A stretch of 64,000 bases of DNA, from contig JANQSG010000018.1 of NCBI GenBank assembly GCA_028284185.1, positions 53,642 through 117,641 of the forward strand. Direction: 5' to 3'. The translations under genes were made by a program, and so were the position numbers. Shown piece after piece: positions 51,399-60,039 of this stretch. Origin of the DNA: Kangiella sp. (lineage in GTDB: Bacteria; Pseudomonadota; Gammaproteobacteria; Enterobacterales; Kangiellaceae). Within the stretch, counting starts at the first letter, position 1; each line of letters opens with the position of its first letter. Below the pieces are notes generated by a model that ran no database searches, was not told where the DNA came from, and saw only the letters and a program-made list of their open reading frames with translations.

Positions 51399-52669
51399 TT
51401 TTTTTGCTTAGGTTTTGGCAAAGTGGCAATTGAAGAAATCAATAAACCAGTTACTAAAGAGATACCAATAATGATCATATTAAAAGCAGTTTCAATACCA
51501 CCAATAATGTCATGATCCAAAATAGCAGTAAGGCTTTTAAAGCCAACACTGCCAGGAACTAAAACAATAAAACCTGGCATCATAATCGCAGCGGTAGGTA
51601 CTTTTTTGATGAGGTATGCCAGATTAGCAAACAAACCAATGGATAAAGCACCTAAGAAAGCTCCGGTGGCAGGTCCCATTGTGGTCACGCCCCAACGGGA
51701 AATGTAGAAAGCGGCAAAGGTTGTGATCAGGATCCAGGGAAATTCTTTCCAGCGAGTCTGGAATAAAATAGTAAGAGACCAGGAGGTAGTTAAAAGGGCT
51801 ATCCACAAGGTCCAATCAGGAAGTGAGCTAAATCCGGCCAATGGCATTGCAGGAAACAGGTAGTTCGCCAATTGACTGCCAATGGCCACACCAAAAGTCA
51901 TTTGAATGAAGATCATGCCAGCCCCAAGTAAGCGTGAGGTTCCTGACACCAGGTTTTGTGTGGCTAATTCGGCCATTGCTATGGTTAACATTAAACCTGG
52001 AACCAGTACAATAATTCCTGCCACGATGGGAATATAGGTTGAATGCAGGCCTAGCCATTTATTAAAAGTGAAGGAGATTAAAGACGCTAAAAAAGCACAT
52101 AATGCGGGCATTAAACTGGATACAGACTGGATACGTGGACTGTTATTAATCAATAATCCAACTACAAAGCCGATAGTGGCGGCAGTAACGACCTCGTGCC
52201 AACCGCCATTGAAAATTCTGGCGATAGAAGCCGAAACTAAGCTGAAACAAAACACCATCCAATATTTATTATGTACGGGTTTGGCTTTGGTGATTTCTAA
52301 TAATTCTTGAGCGCCCTCTTCGGCATCCATTTCCTTATGAATAACCGCATTAGCGACATCCATTGTGCGGCGCAATTTTTCCACATTAACTTCGCCCGAA
52401 TTGGAGCGGATAACATAAGTTTGGGGATTATCTTCCTGCTGCATGAAGGTCATGGTAATGCTGGTGGGTACGGCGATAATCTGTACCCCATAATCAAGCT
52501 GATTGGCAACTTTTGCCATCAGGCGTTCCAATTCATAGGTAGGTACGCCATAGGTATGCAAAGCTTTAACCAGACGCAGCATAAAACCAATCGGTTTATG
52601 GCGTTCAGGAAAGTTGGGTACCTTATCCAATCGACGTTCAGCGATGGAGCTTGGAACCTTATTACTCAT
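51395..52669 (-). CDS. threonine/serine exporter (ThrE) family membrane protein (DUF1212+DUF3815 type)
   Basis: The N-terminal soluble part has LRLVKALHTYGVPTYELERLM, followed by about 10 TMs. Its stop overlaps the nuclease start (ATGA). Confidence 0.78.
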   Translation of the reverse strand: MSNKVPSSIAERRLDKVPNFPERHKPIGFMLRLVKALHTYGVPTYELERLMAKVANQLDYGVQIIAVPTSITMTFMQQEDNPQTYVIRSNSGEVNVEKLRRTMDVANAVIHKEMDAEEGAQELLEITKAKPVHNKYWMVFCFSLVSASIARIFNGGWHEVVTAATIGFVVGLLINNSPRIQSVSSLMPALCAFLASLISFTFNKWLGLHSTYIPIVAGIIVLVPGLMLTIAMAELATQNLVSGTSRLLGAGMIFIQMTFGVAIGSQLANYLFPAMPLAGFSSLPDWTLWIALLTTSWSLTILFQTRWKEFPWILITTFAAFYISRWGVTTMGPATGAFLGALSIGLFANLAYLIKKVPTAAIMMPGFIVLVPGSVGFKSLTAILDHDIIGGIETAFNMIIIGISLVTGLLISSIATLPKPKQKK

Positions 52670-52812
52670 CTTATTTAGATCCTCTAATTTTTCGGTTTAA
52701 TGCTACCTTTTCTGGACAGTTTTTGTAACAATTATTTACCGATTACTCAAGTAGAAGGTTTGAGTTTATGCTCGTTTAAGTTTATGATCTGTCGGCTTAA
52801 TTGGAGATTAGT

Positions 52813-53085
52813 ATGAGCAAACTATTTAGATCCGGCTTATTTATGCTGGCCCTTTGGGCACTGGCATTGTCGGCTGTTGCTCACGTTAATGCACCATACC
52901 ACGATTCTGCTGAGTGTACCTTTTGTCTTTATCAGCCCAACACGGATCTGCAAAGCTCGGCTAATGAATTAATCATTGCTGAATTTACCAGTATTTCCGA
53001 ACGGTTTGCAATACGCTCAGTTCCTTTTTATGTTGCTCAACGCATCAGCCCTTTTTTTGGTCGCGCCCCACCATTTTTTACTTAA
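52813..53085 (+). CDS. small exported CxxC protein (DUF2946-like?) upstream of the TonB-dependent receptor
   Basis: Signal peptide MSKLFRSGLFMLALWALALSAVAHV, a CTFC motif, and a C-terminal GRAPP. The family assignment is from memory and tentative. ATG at 52813. Confidence 0.4.
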   Translation: MSKLFRSGLFMLALWALALSAVAHVNAPYHDSAECTFCLYQPNTDLQSSANELIIAEFTSISERFAIRSVPFYVAQRISPFFGRAPPFFT

Positions 53086-53171
53086 TTTCAAATAATACAT
53101 CGTTATAAATTTTATTCATACAGCAGCTCACGGTGGCGGTATGAAATTTGCATATATTAGGAATTTTAAGC

Positions 53172-55529
53172 ATGAACAAAAAATATTTTAAGCAGTCGAT
53201 GGTGACTCTTTTAATGGCTGGTTTATTTACTGGTCCTTTAATGGCTGAAGCCAAGAATTTAACAGGTGTGGTGCTCGATGATAAAGGTGCCCCTATTGCA
53301 AATGCCGAGGTGCATTTACGCGCTTTAAACAAAAAAGTGGTGACTGACGACAATGGCAAATTTACCTTTGAGGCTTTAGATGAAGGACGTTATGTGCTTG
53401 ATATTGAAGCAGCAAAGATTGGTCATATTAATCAATCGGTGCGTCATGATGGTAGCCCGTTAAGCTTAACGGTAACGCATGACAATGCAAAAACTATCGT
53501 GGTTACTGGTAATCCTTTGGAGCATTCCAGTCTGGAAATGGCTTCGCCTGCGGTGGTGATTGCCGGCGATCAACTGGTAAAAAACCGAGGTACTAACATT
53601 GGTGAAACCCTGGCAGAAGTACCTGGAATTAACTTGTCCAGTTTTGGGGTTGGTGCTGGTCGTCCTGTGATCCGTGGTCAACAGGGTAATCGGGTGACAG
53701 TTTTAAGTAATAACACTTCTACTCAGGATGCCTCTAATGCCAGTCCTGATCACTGGATTGCTGCAGAGCCATTGTTGGCCAAACGAATTGAAGTTTTAAA
53801 AGGTCCTGCAACTTTGCTTTATGGTGGTGGTGCGGTCGGTGGTGCGGTTAATGTAGTGGATAATAAAATCCCTACCGAAACACCTGATGGTATTGATGGT
53901 GGTCTTGAGGTGCGACTGGGTGATTCGGCTACTGGTGAGCGTTCAGTTGTCGGCACTTTGACCTCTGCAGTTGAGTTAGATAGCGGTTCCCTTGCTTTTC
54001 ATATTGATGCTTTTGACTCAAAGACTGATCCAATAGAAATTCCGGGTTTTGCTGAGTCTCTGAGATTACGAGAACTGGAAGAAGCTGAAGGTGAAGCCGG
54101 ACATGGTGAAGAAGAGCATGAAGAAGGCTTTGGTGTATTAGAGAATAGCGATACTGACACACAAGGTGGCAATATTGGCTTTTCCTATATTACCGATAAC
54201 GGCTACTGGGGGCTGTCATATACTAAATTTGATCGAAACTATGGTTTACCTGGTCATGCACATGAAGAGGAAGAAGAAATGCATGGAGCTGGAGAGGAGG
54301 AGCACGGAGAAGAGACCATTCGCTTGGATTTAGAACAGAAACGTTGGGATCTTAAAGGCCAATGGAACAATCCTTTTGAGGGTTTTCAAAACTTAAAAAT
54401 GAGCTTTGTCAACACTGATTATCAGCATCAGGAACTTGAAGGAGAGGAAATTGGTACCACTTTTATTAATGATGCCAATGAGTTGCGACTAGAGTTGGTG
54501 CATGAAGCCTGGTCTGGTTGGCAAGGTGCTTTTGGCTTGCAGTATAGCGATGGCGATTTTGCGGCTATCGGTGATGAGGGCTTTATTCCAATGTCTAACA
54601 CCAAGAAGCTTGGTCTTTTCTGGTTGGAAGAAAGGGATTTGGGTAATTGGCATACGGAATTAGGCTTGCGCTTTGACCGTCAAGAGCTTGATGCAGGGTC
54701 TTTTGGTTCACGCGATGATACTGCTTTTAGTTTTGCGGCAGGACTGGTCTGGCATATAGATGGTAATTGGTCATTACCGATGAATTTTGCTCGAGCCCAA
54801 CGTTTGCCACAAGTTGAGGAGCTGTTATCTAATGCTGGTAATAGTGAAGATAACTATGTGCCTCACCTTGCTACTCTAACTATAGATGTCGGTAATCCGA
54901 ATCTGGATAAGGAAACGGCTAATAATCTGGACATAGGTTTACGCTATCATACGGATAATCTGCATGCTTCTGTTGCGGTATTCCATAATCGAGTGAATGA
55001 CTTTATTTATCAGGAGTTGCTGGAAGAAGATCACGCCGCAGATCCAGATCATGAGCATGAATTGCCCATCTTGCAGTTTGCTCAACAAGACGCAGTTTTT
55101 GAAGGTGTTGAAGCTGAAATTGATTGGGTTTTTGCGGAAATGGATAGCGGTTACTGGAAAGCAGGATTATTTGGTGACTATACTCATGCAGAGTTTGATA
55201 ATCCCACTGGTGCTTATATTCCACGTCAACCTGCCAAGCGTTTTGGTGCCTCGTTAGGTTTTGAGCGCGGTGATTTTTCAGCCAATCTTAAAGCAATTAA
55301 AGTAGCCAAACAAGACAAGCTAGCACATGAAGAATTAGCAACGGATGGCTATGATTTACTGAATTTGGATCTTGGTTATAATCTTTATTTTGATAATGCA
55401 GAAGCGTTACTGTTTTTGCGTGGCCAAAATCTGTTAGACGAAGAAATTCGGGATCATGCATCTTTCTTAAAGGATAGAGCGCCTCGTGCCGGTCGTTCTA
55501 TTACCGCCGGTATCCGAGTTCTCTTTTAA
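53172..55529 (+). CDS. TonB-dependent outer-membrane receptor with His/Glu-rich loops (probable metal uptake, ZnuD/OprC-like)
   Basis: Signal peptide. CarboxypepD_reg-like LTGVVLDDKGAPIANAEVHL. TonB-box-like KTIVVTGNP. Plug motifs and a terminal Phe (GIRVLF). Acidic/His loops EEAEGEAGHGEEEHEEG, HAHEEEEEMHGAGEEEHGEE and HAADPDHEHE. Confidence 0.88.
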   Translation: MNKKYFKQSMVTLLMAGLFTGPLMAEAKNLTGVVLDDKGAPIANAEVHLRALNKKVVTDDNGKFTFEALDEGRYVLDIEAAKIGHINQSVRHDGSPLSLTVTHDNAKTIVVTGNPLEHSSLEMASPAVVIAGDQLVKNRGTNIGETLAEVPGINLSSFGVGAGRPVIRGQQGNRVTVLSNNTSTQDASNASPDHWIAAEPLLAKRIEVLKGPATLLYGGGAVGGAVNVVDNKIPTETPDGIDGGLEVRLGDSATGERSVVGTLTSAVELDSGSLAFHIDAFDSKTDPIEIPGFAESLRLRELEEAEGEAGHGEEEHEEGFGVLENSDTDTQGGNIGFSYITDNGYWGLSYTKFDRNYGLPGHAHEEEEEMHGAGEEEHGEETIRLDLEQKRWDLKGQWNNPFEGFQNLKMSFVNTDYQHQELEGEEIGTTFINDANELRLELVHEAWSGWQGAFGLQYSDGDFAAIGDEGFIPMSNTKKLGLFWLEERDLGNWHTELGLRFDRQELDAGSFGSRDDTAFSFAAGLVWHIDGNWSLPMNFARAQRLPQVEELLSNAGNSEDNYVPHLATLTIDVGNPNLDKETANNLDIGLRYHTDNLHASVAVFHNRVNDFIYQELLEEDHAADPDHEHELPILQFAQQDAVFEGVEAEIDWVFAEMDSGYWKAGLFGDYTHAEFDNPTGAYIPRQPAKRFGASLGFERGDFSANLKAIKVAKQDKLAHEELATDGYDLLNLDLGYNLYFDNAEALLFLRGQNLLDEEIRDHASFLKDRAPRAGRSITAGIRVLF

Positions 55530-55551
55530 GACAAAGCGATACTTTGACATT

Positions 55552-55591
55552 AAAAGCTTGTGCGCTATGCTTGGTGCACAAGCTTTTTTTG
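55552..55591 (+). terminator. rho-independent terminator after the TonB-dependent receptor gene
   Basis: AAAAGCTTGTGC-N12-GCACAAGCTTTT followed by a T run. Confidence 0.65.
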
Positions 55592-55602
55592 TTGAGGCTT
55601 TT

Positions 55603-56856
55603 GTGCCGAAAAAAACCTTAAAACTTCCTATTAATATTGTCGCTGCCAAAGGCGGCTATTGTGTGCAAATGGAGATCGGTAGTCAGCAGGTAAAAGTTAA
55701 TTTATTGCTGGATACAGGAAGCAGCACCTTAGCCGTTGAGTGCAAAAAATATAATCCGCAAAAAGATTTTTATTTAAGAAGTACCGTTTTTGCCCAAGCG
55801 ATTATTTATGGTTCCGGTGGCTGGGCCGGCCCATTAGTAAAAACTAATCTACAGTTTGAAACCGAAGAACGTAAAATGACCTTAAAAAAAGGTCGGGTAG
55901 CCATTATTGAAAGTGAACAGCAGGATAATTTTTATGGTGCTGACGGAATTTTGGGTCTGGCTTATCGACAGCTTAATCGAGCCTATAATCTGACCAACTA
56001 TTTTGTAGAAAGAGATTACTATCCTGAAAAAACCTTTCCATGGCCTTTTAAGGTAGAGGAAAATAAAAAAGCAGTAAGAGTCTTTAAGAAATTTTTACGC
56101 AATTATCCTTCAAAGAAACCCTGTGCTTTTTTTACTGAACTGGAAGAACATAAGATCTGTAGAAACAAATTTTCACTCTACTGTAAACGCGCTTTGGTTC
56201 ATGTTGCTGACAATGACTTGACTCAAGAACAATTAGAAGCTGATCCTTTAAATCAAGGCTGGATAATTTTAGGCTCTGGTGAAGAGCATCGGGAATTATA
56301 CGATGGCAGCTTGAAAACCATTGATGTGGTGCACGATGCTTATTACAACACTCAGCTGCTAGCTATGCAGGTTGCTGACGGTGAAAAAATAATCGTACCA
56401 GAAGCAACAAGAAGGGAAAATAAACCGCGTTATTCAAACTCGATTATTGATTGCGGCAGTAGCTTTATTGTATTGCAGGAAGAATTGTATCAAGAGCTAT
56501 TGGATCAATTATTGGAACTCAATATTAACTTTATCAAGCAGATTGATAATTTCCAAAATGCGGGACAAGAGGGTTATTATCCAGACGATCTGGATTTGTC
56601 AGTTTGGCCCGATATTCATTTTTATTTTAAGGGTGAGAATAACAACGATGTCACTAAAGTAAGCTGTACACCGGATAATTATTGGCAACTCAATGCTTTA
56701 AATAAAGGTCGAGCCTGGTTTATGATTATGCCGGAACTCGCCAATATTCCGAATATGTCAATTATGGGATTGCCTTTAATTTCCGATTACTTTGTGATTT
56801 TTGATCGCGAAGAAGATCAAAATGGTGTTATTAAAGTAGGTAAAATTCAACTTTAA
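55603..56856 (+). CDS. pepsin-like (MEROPS A1) aspartic protease, with no obvious signal peptide or propeptide
   Basis: YCVQMEIGSQQVKVNLLLDTGSSTLAV (first DTG), flap YGSGG, and ADGILGLAY (near-invariant in pepsins). Also FSLY, a second site IIDCGSSFIVL, and a C-terminal IMGLPLISDYFVIFDRE. The GTG at 55603 was chosen because upstream in-frame starts lie inside the receptor gene or its terminator; the start remains uncertain. Confidence 0.82.
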   Translation: MPKKTLKLPINIVAAKGGYCVQMEIGSQQVKVNLLLDTGSSTLAVECKKYNPQKDFYLRSTVFAQAIIYGSGGWAGPLVKTNLQFETEERKMTLKKGRVAIIESEQQDNFYGADGILGLAYRQLNRAYNLTNYFVERDYYPEKTFPWPFKVEENKKAVRVFKKFLRNYPSKKPCAFFTELEEHKICRNKFSLYCKRALVHVADNDLTQEQLEADPLNQGWIILGSGEEHRELYDGSLKTIDVVHDAYYNTQLLAMQVADGEKIIVPEATRRENKPRYSNSIIDCGSSFIVLQEELYQELLDQLLELNINFIKQIDNFQNAGQEGYYPDDLDLSVWPDIHFYFKGENNNDVTKVSCTPDNYWQLNALNKGRAWFMIMPELANIPNMSIMGLPLISDYFVIFDREEDQNGVIKVGKIQL

Positions 56857-56988
56857 GAAAATGTTAGAGGCTAATCAATGAGCTATTGTGATACAGCTTC
56901 ATTTGGTAAGTGACAGGAATATGAGGTAATCGTGGAGTTACTCAGGTGTGGCTTTGCTTATGTAAGTTAATGTTTGAAGCGGGCTTTA

Positions 56989-57870
56989 TTAATTTTGTTG
57001 ATAAGAGTTTTTTTTCAAGCGCCCAAGAGTATAAACCCCCAGCCCTGCCCATATTAGGGCAAAGGTTATCAGCAAATCACGATTGAACTCTTCACCAAAG
57101 AAAAAGACCGCTAGAATAAAAGTTAAACTGGGCGCTATGTATTGTAAAAAACCTACCGTATTCAAGGGTAATAAGCGTGCACCGGCTGAGAACAGGGCCA
57201 GCGGTATGGTAGTAATGATCCCGCCCGCCAGCAGTAACCAATCAATAGAGGCGGAGGTGTGTAAAAAAGCGCCTTGCTCGGTGATTGCTAAATAAATGAT
57301 ATAGCCTGCGGTTAATGGCAGGACTATCAGGGTTTCAACCAATAGTCCTTGCAGCGCTCCTATATCAACTTGCTTGCGCAACAGGCCATAAAAACCGAAA
57401 GAAAGGGCTAACCACAATGAAATCCAGGGTAAACTGCCCAGGGCGTAAACTCGATATAAGACTCCGCTAATGGCCAGTGCCAGTGCGATTTTGCTCCAGA
57501 TATCGAGTCGTTCTTTTAAAATTAAAACGCCCAGGGCTACGCTGATCAAAGGGTTGATAAAATAGCCCAGGCTGGTGTCCAGAACTTTTTCATTGGTGAC
57601 AGCCCAGGTAAAAATCAGCCAATTGCCGGAAATCAAAAAGGCAGTGAGAAATAAAACGCCCAGAGTTTTTTTGTCCTGAAAAATGTTTTTCGGAAAAGGC
57701 CTTTTAATGATGAGCATAATAATGATGATTACAGGCACCGACCAAGCAACCCGGTGAGCTAAAATTTCTAGCGCGGAAACCTTTTCGAGGGCTTTAAAAT
57801 AGATCGGTGCCAGCCCCCAAATGATAAAGGCCAAGCTACCATAGATTAAACCTGCACGTTGCTTGCTCAT
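56989..57870 (-). CDS. rarD: EamA/DMT family transporter RarD
   Basis: GLIYGSLAFIIWGLAPIYFKAL...EILAHRVAWS N-terminus typical of RarD; 10 TMs. Confidence 0.82.
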   Translation of the reverse strand: MSKQRAGLIYGSLAFIIWGLAPIYFKALEKVSALEILAHRVAWSVPVIIIIMLIIKRPFPKNIFQDKKTLGVLFLTAFLISGNWLIFTWAVTNEKVLDTSLGYFINPLISVALGVLILKERLDIWSKIALALAISGVLYRVYALGSLPWISLWLALSFGFYGLLRKQVDIGALQGLLVETLIVLPLTAGYIIYLAITEQGAFLHTSASIDWLLLAGGIITTIPLALFSAGARLLPLNTVGFLQYIAPSLTFILAVFFFGEEFNRDLLITFALIWAGLGVYTLGRLKKNSYQQN

Positions 57871-57912
57871 TAGATTCTCTTTATTGGTATTGTTATAAAA
57901 ACCAGCCGTTAA

Positions 57913-58374
57913 TTAACCCACCAGGTAAGTGCCAGTGGCAACGGCGATTTGCATTTCCTGCTCATTGACCAGCTCCATGCGAACGACTGCTATTTTGCTG
58001 CCGGTTCTTAACAGGCGAGCTTTGGCATAAAACATCTTGCCTTTACCGGGCCTTAAATAATCCACTCGAATATCAATGGTGCTCAGTTTGCTCAATTTAT
58101 TTTTGAGCTTGCTAATATGGGTTGCTGGATTATCGTTAAGCACTCCTACTGCTGCCATAGTGCCGCCAACCATATCAAGTGCTGCAGAAATCACGCCGCC
58201 GTGCAAAATTCCTTGAAAATAATTACCTACCAATTCAGGCTTCATGGCAAAGTGGATGATACAAAGATCATCGCTAACACTGTCAAATTCAAACCCTAAG
58301 TGGTGATTAAAAGGGATTTTATTGACCATCAACTCGCCAATGGCAGCTAAGGCCTTTGTTTTTAAAAAGCCCAT
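57913..58374 (-). CDS. hotdog-fold acyl-CoA thioesterase (PaaI family)
   Basis: GILHGGVISAALDMVGG motif; 153 aa. Confidence 0.72.
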   Translation of the reverse strand: MGFLKTKALAAIGELMVNKIPFNHHLGFEFDSVSDDLCIIHFAMKPELVGNYFQGILHGGVISAALDMVGGTMAAVGVLNDNPATHISKLKNKLSKLSTIDIRVDYLRPGKGKMFYAKARLLRTGSKIAVVRMELVNEQEMQIAVATGTYLVG

Positions 58375-58579
58375 AAGTCTCTGTCTGGTTGCTTGCTAGG
58401 CATAATGGCCAAAGTGTGCCTGATCTAGATCAAAAAAGGTATCATTAATTGCTGGATTTCCAGGATCCAGGCCAATTGGCTATTTAACCGCAGGGTGAAT
58501 GCCGTTATAATGCTTCCGCGTAAGAAGATTCATTGACTTGTGGAAGGCTTTTAACTTTCCCAATATTGAGAGACCGAAG

Positions 58580-59017
58580 ATGAAAACAATTAAATTAATT
58601 GGTATTTTTACCTTGAGCCTAGTGATCGCTGCTTTTGCTGGCGATGCTGCTGCAACCCATTTAAGCAAAAAGAAAGTTGATAGCCGCATCAAGCCTGTTT
58701 ATAAAGTTTATGTTGAAGGTGATAAAGTTCCACAGGTGGCTAATGAATTGCCTAAAGCGGCAAAACCAGCTGGCCCACGCTCAGCTGAAGATATCTACAA
58801 TACCTATTGTACCGCCTGTCATGGTACAGGCGTCGCAGGCGCTCCCAAGTTAGGTGATGCTGCTGCTTGGTCAGAGCATTTAGCTAAAGGTATCGATGCG
58901 GTTTATGCCAATGCCATTAATGGCCTTAATGCTATGCCAGCTAAAGGTACTTGTGCCGATTGTTCTGATGATGAAATCAAACAAGTGGTTGATTATCTTG
59001 TAGAAAACAGCAAGTAA
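58580..59017 (+). CDS. cytochrome c5 family protein
   Basis: Signal anchor, heme site CTACHG, AMPAKGTCADCSDDE and a distal Met. ATG at 58580. Confidence 0.8.
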   Translation: MKTIKLIGIFTLSLVIAAFAGDAAATHLSKKKVDSRIKPVYKVYVEGDKVPQVANELPKAAKPAGPRSAEDIYNTYCTACHGTGVAGAPKLGDAAAWSEHLAKGIDAVYANAINGLNAMPAKGTCADCSDDEIKQVVDYLVENSK

Positions 59018-59030
59018 TTATTAAATAATT

Positions 59031-59069
59031 AAAGCCGATGCTGTTATAGTGACCGCATCGGCTTTTTTA
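59031..59069 (+). terminator. rho-independent terminator
   Basis: AAAGCCGATGC-N13-GCATCGGCTTT followed by TTT. Confidence 0.7.
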
Positions 59070-59079
59070 TGTTTGAAAT

Positions 59080-59538
59080 ATGGAATTAAGAGAAGCAAAT
59101 AAGGCAGATTGTTTATTATTAATGAGTTGGTTTGAAGATAAAGCTGCTCTTCAGATCTGGTCAGGGCCTAATGTTCGATATCCATTGAACCAAGAATCTT
59201 TCACAGAAGATATTCAGCTTGCCAAGTTAGATTCTTATATTCTTGAAGATGAAGATAACAATTTAGTGGCTTTCGGCCAATTTTACGAGCGTTTGGGGCG
59301 TTGCCATTTAGGACGTTTAGTGGTCAATCCAATTTATCGACGTCAGGGTTTTGGAGAGTTGCTTATTAAAAAGCTTGGTCAGAAAGGACAAAGTACTTTA
59401 GGACTGAAGGGATTGTCTTTATTTGTGCTGAAAACTAATAAAGTAGCATTGGCTTTATACCGAAAGATGGATTTTGAAATTACCGATTACCCAGAACCGT
59501 TGGCAATTGATGGTTGTTTATATTTGATAAAGGTTTAA
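59080..59538 (+). CDS. GNAT family N-acetyltransferase
   Basis: The RLVVNPIYRRQGFGELLI acetyl-CoA binding pattern (Q/RxxGxG/A), 152 aa. Confidence 0.7.
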   Translation: MELREANKADCLLLMSWFEDKAALQIWSGPNVRYPLNQESFTEDIQLAKLDSYILEDEDNNLVAFGQFYERLGRCHLGRLVVNPIYRRQGFGELLIKKLGQKGQSTLGLKGLSLFVLKTNKVALALYRKMDFEITDYPEPLAIDGCLYLIKV

Positions 59539-59540
59539 AT

Positions 59541-59852
59541 ATGAAAAGGGCTCTACTCGTTGTTTTGTTATCTGGGGCTTTGGTTGCTTGTAATCAGACG
59601 CCGCAAGAACGTGATGGCGAGACGATATACAACCAATCTTGTTTTAGTTGTCATGAGCGCGGTCACGGCGGCGCGCCTGTTCGTGGCGATCTGGAAGAGT
59701 GGCAGCCGCGTTTAGCCAAAGGAAAGGATGTTCTGCTGAAAAACCTGAAAGAGGGTTATAACGGCATGCCACCAAAAGGAGCCTGTTTTGATTGCAATGA
59801 TCAAGAATTACAAAAAGTGTTAGCCTTTATACTGGACCCCAATAATCAATAA
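59541..59852 (+). CDS. c-type cytochrome (c5-like) lipoprotein
   Basis: Lipobox LVAC, heme site CFSCHE, and GMPPKGACFDCNDQE parallel to the first cytochrome. ATG at 59541. Confidence 0.75.
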   Translation: MKRALLVVLLSGALVACNQTPQERDGETIYNQSCFSCHERGHGGAPVRGDLEEWQPRLAKGKDVLLKNLKEGYNGMPPKGACFDCNDQELQKVLAFILDPNNQ

Positions 59853-60039
59853 GCTATAAAAGCATCTATTTAAAACCACAGGGCTTGATATAGTATCGTG
59901 ATATTGGGCAAGATTTGTTCATTTTGTCACAAAACTTAATCAAAAAAATACAATTAAATTGATAAGGGATTAGTAATATCCAATACTTTTATATCAACAA
60001 TCAATACCATTATTTTTAACCCTTTAATACGGAGACTTT

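Noticed and set aside
55486-55602. Longer N-terminus for the pepsin-like ORF (track start at 55486, or the ATG at 55567)
   Set aside because: These starts lie inside the TonB-dependent receptor coding region or within its terminator hairpin (55552-55591). The GTG at 55603 is preferred but unproven.
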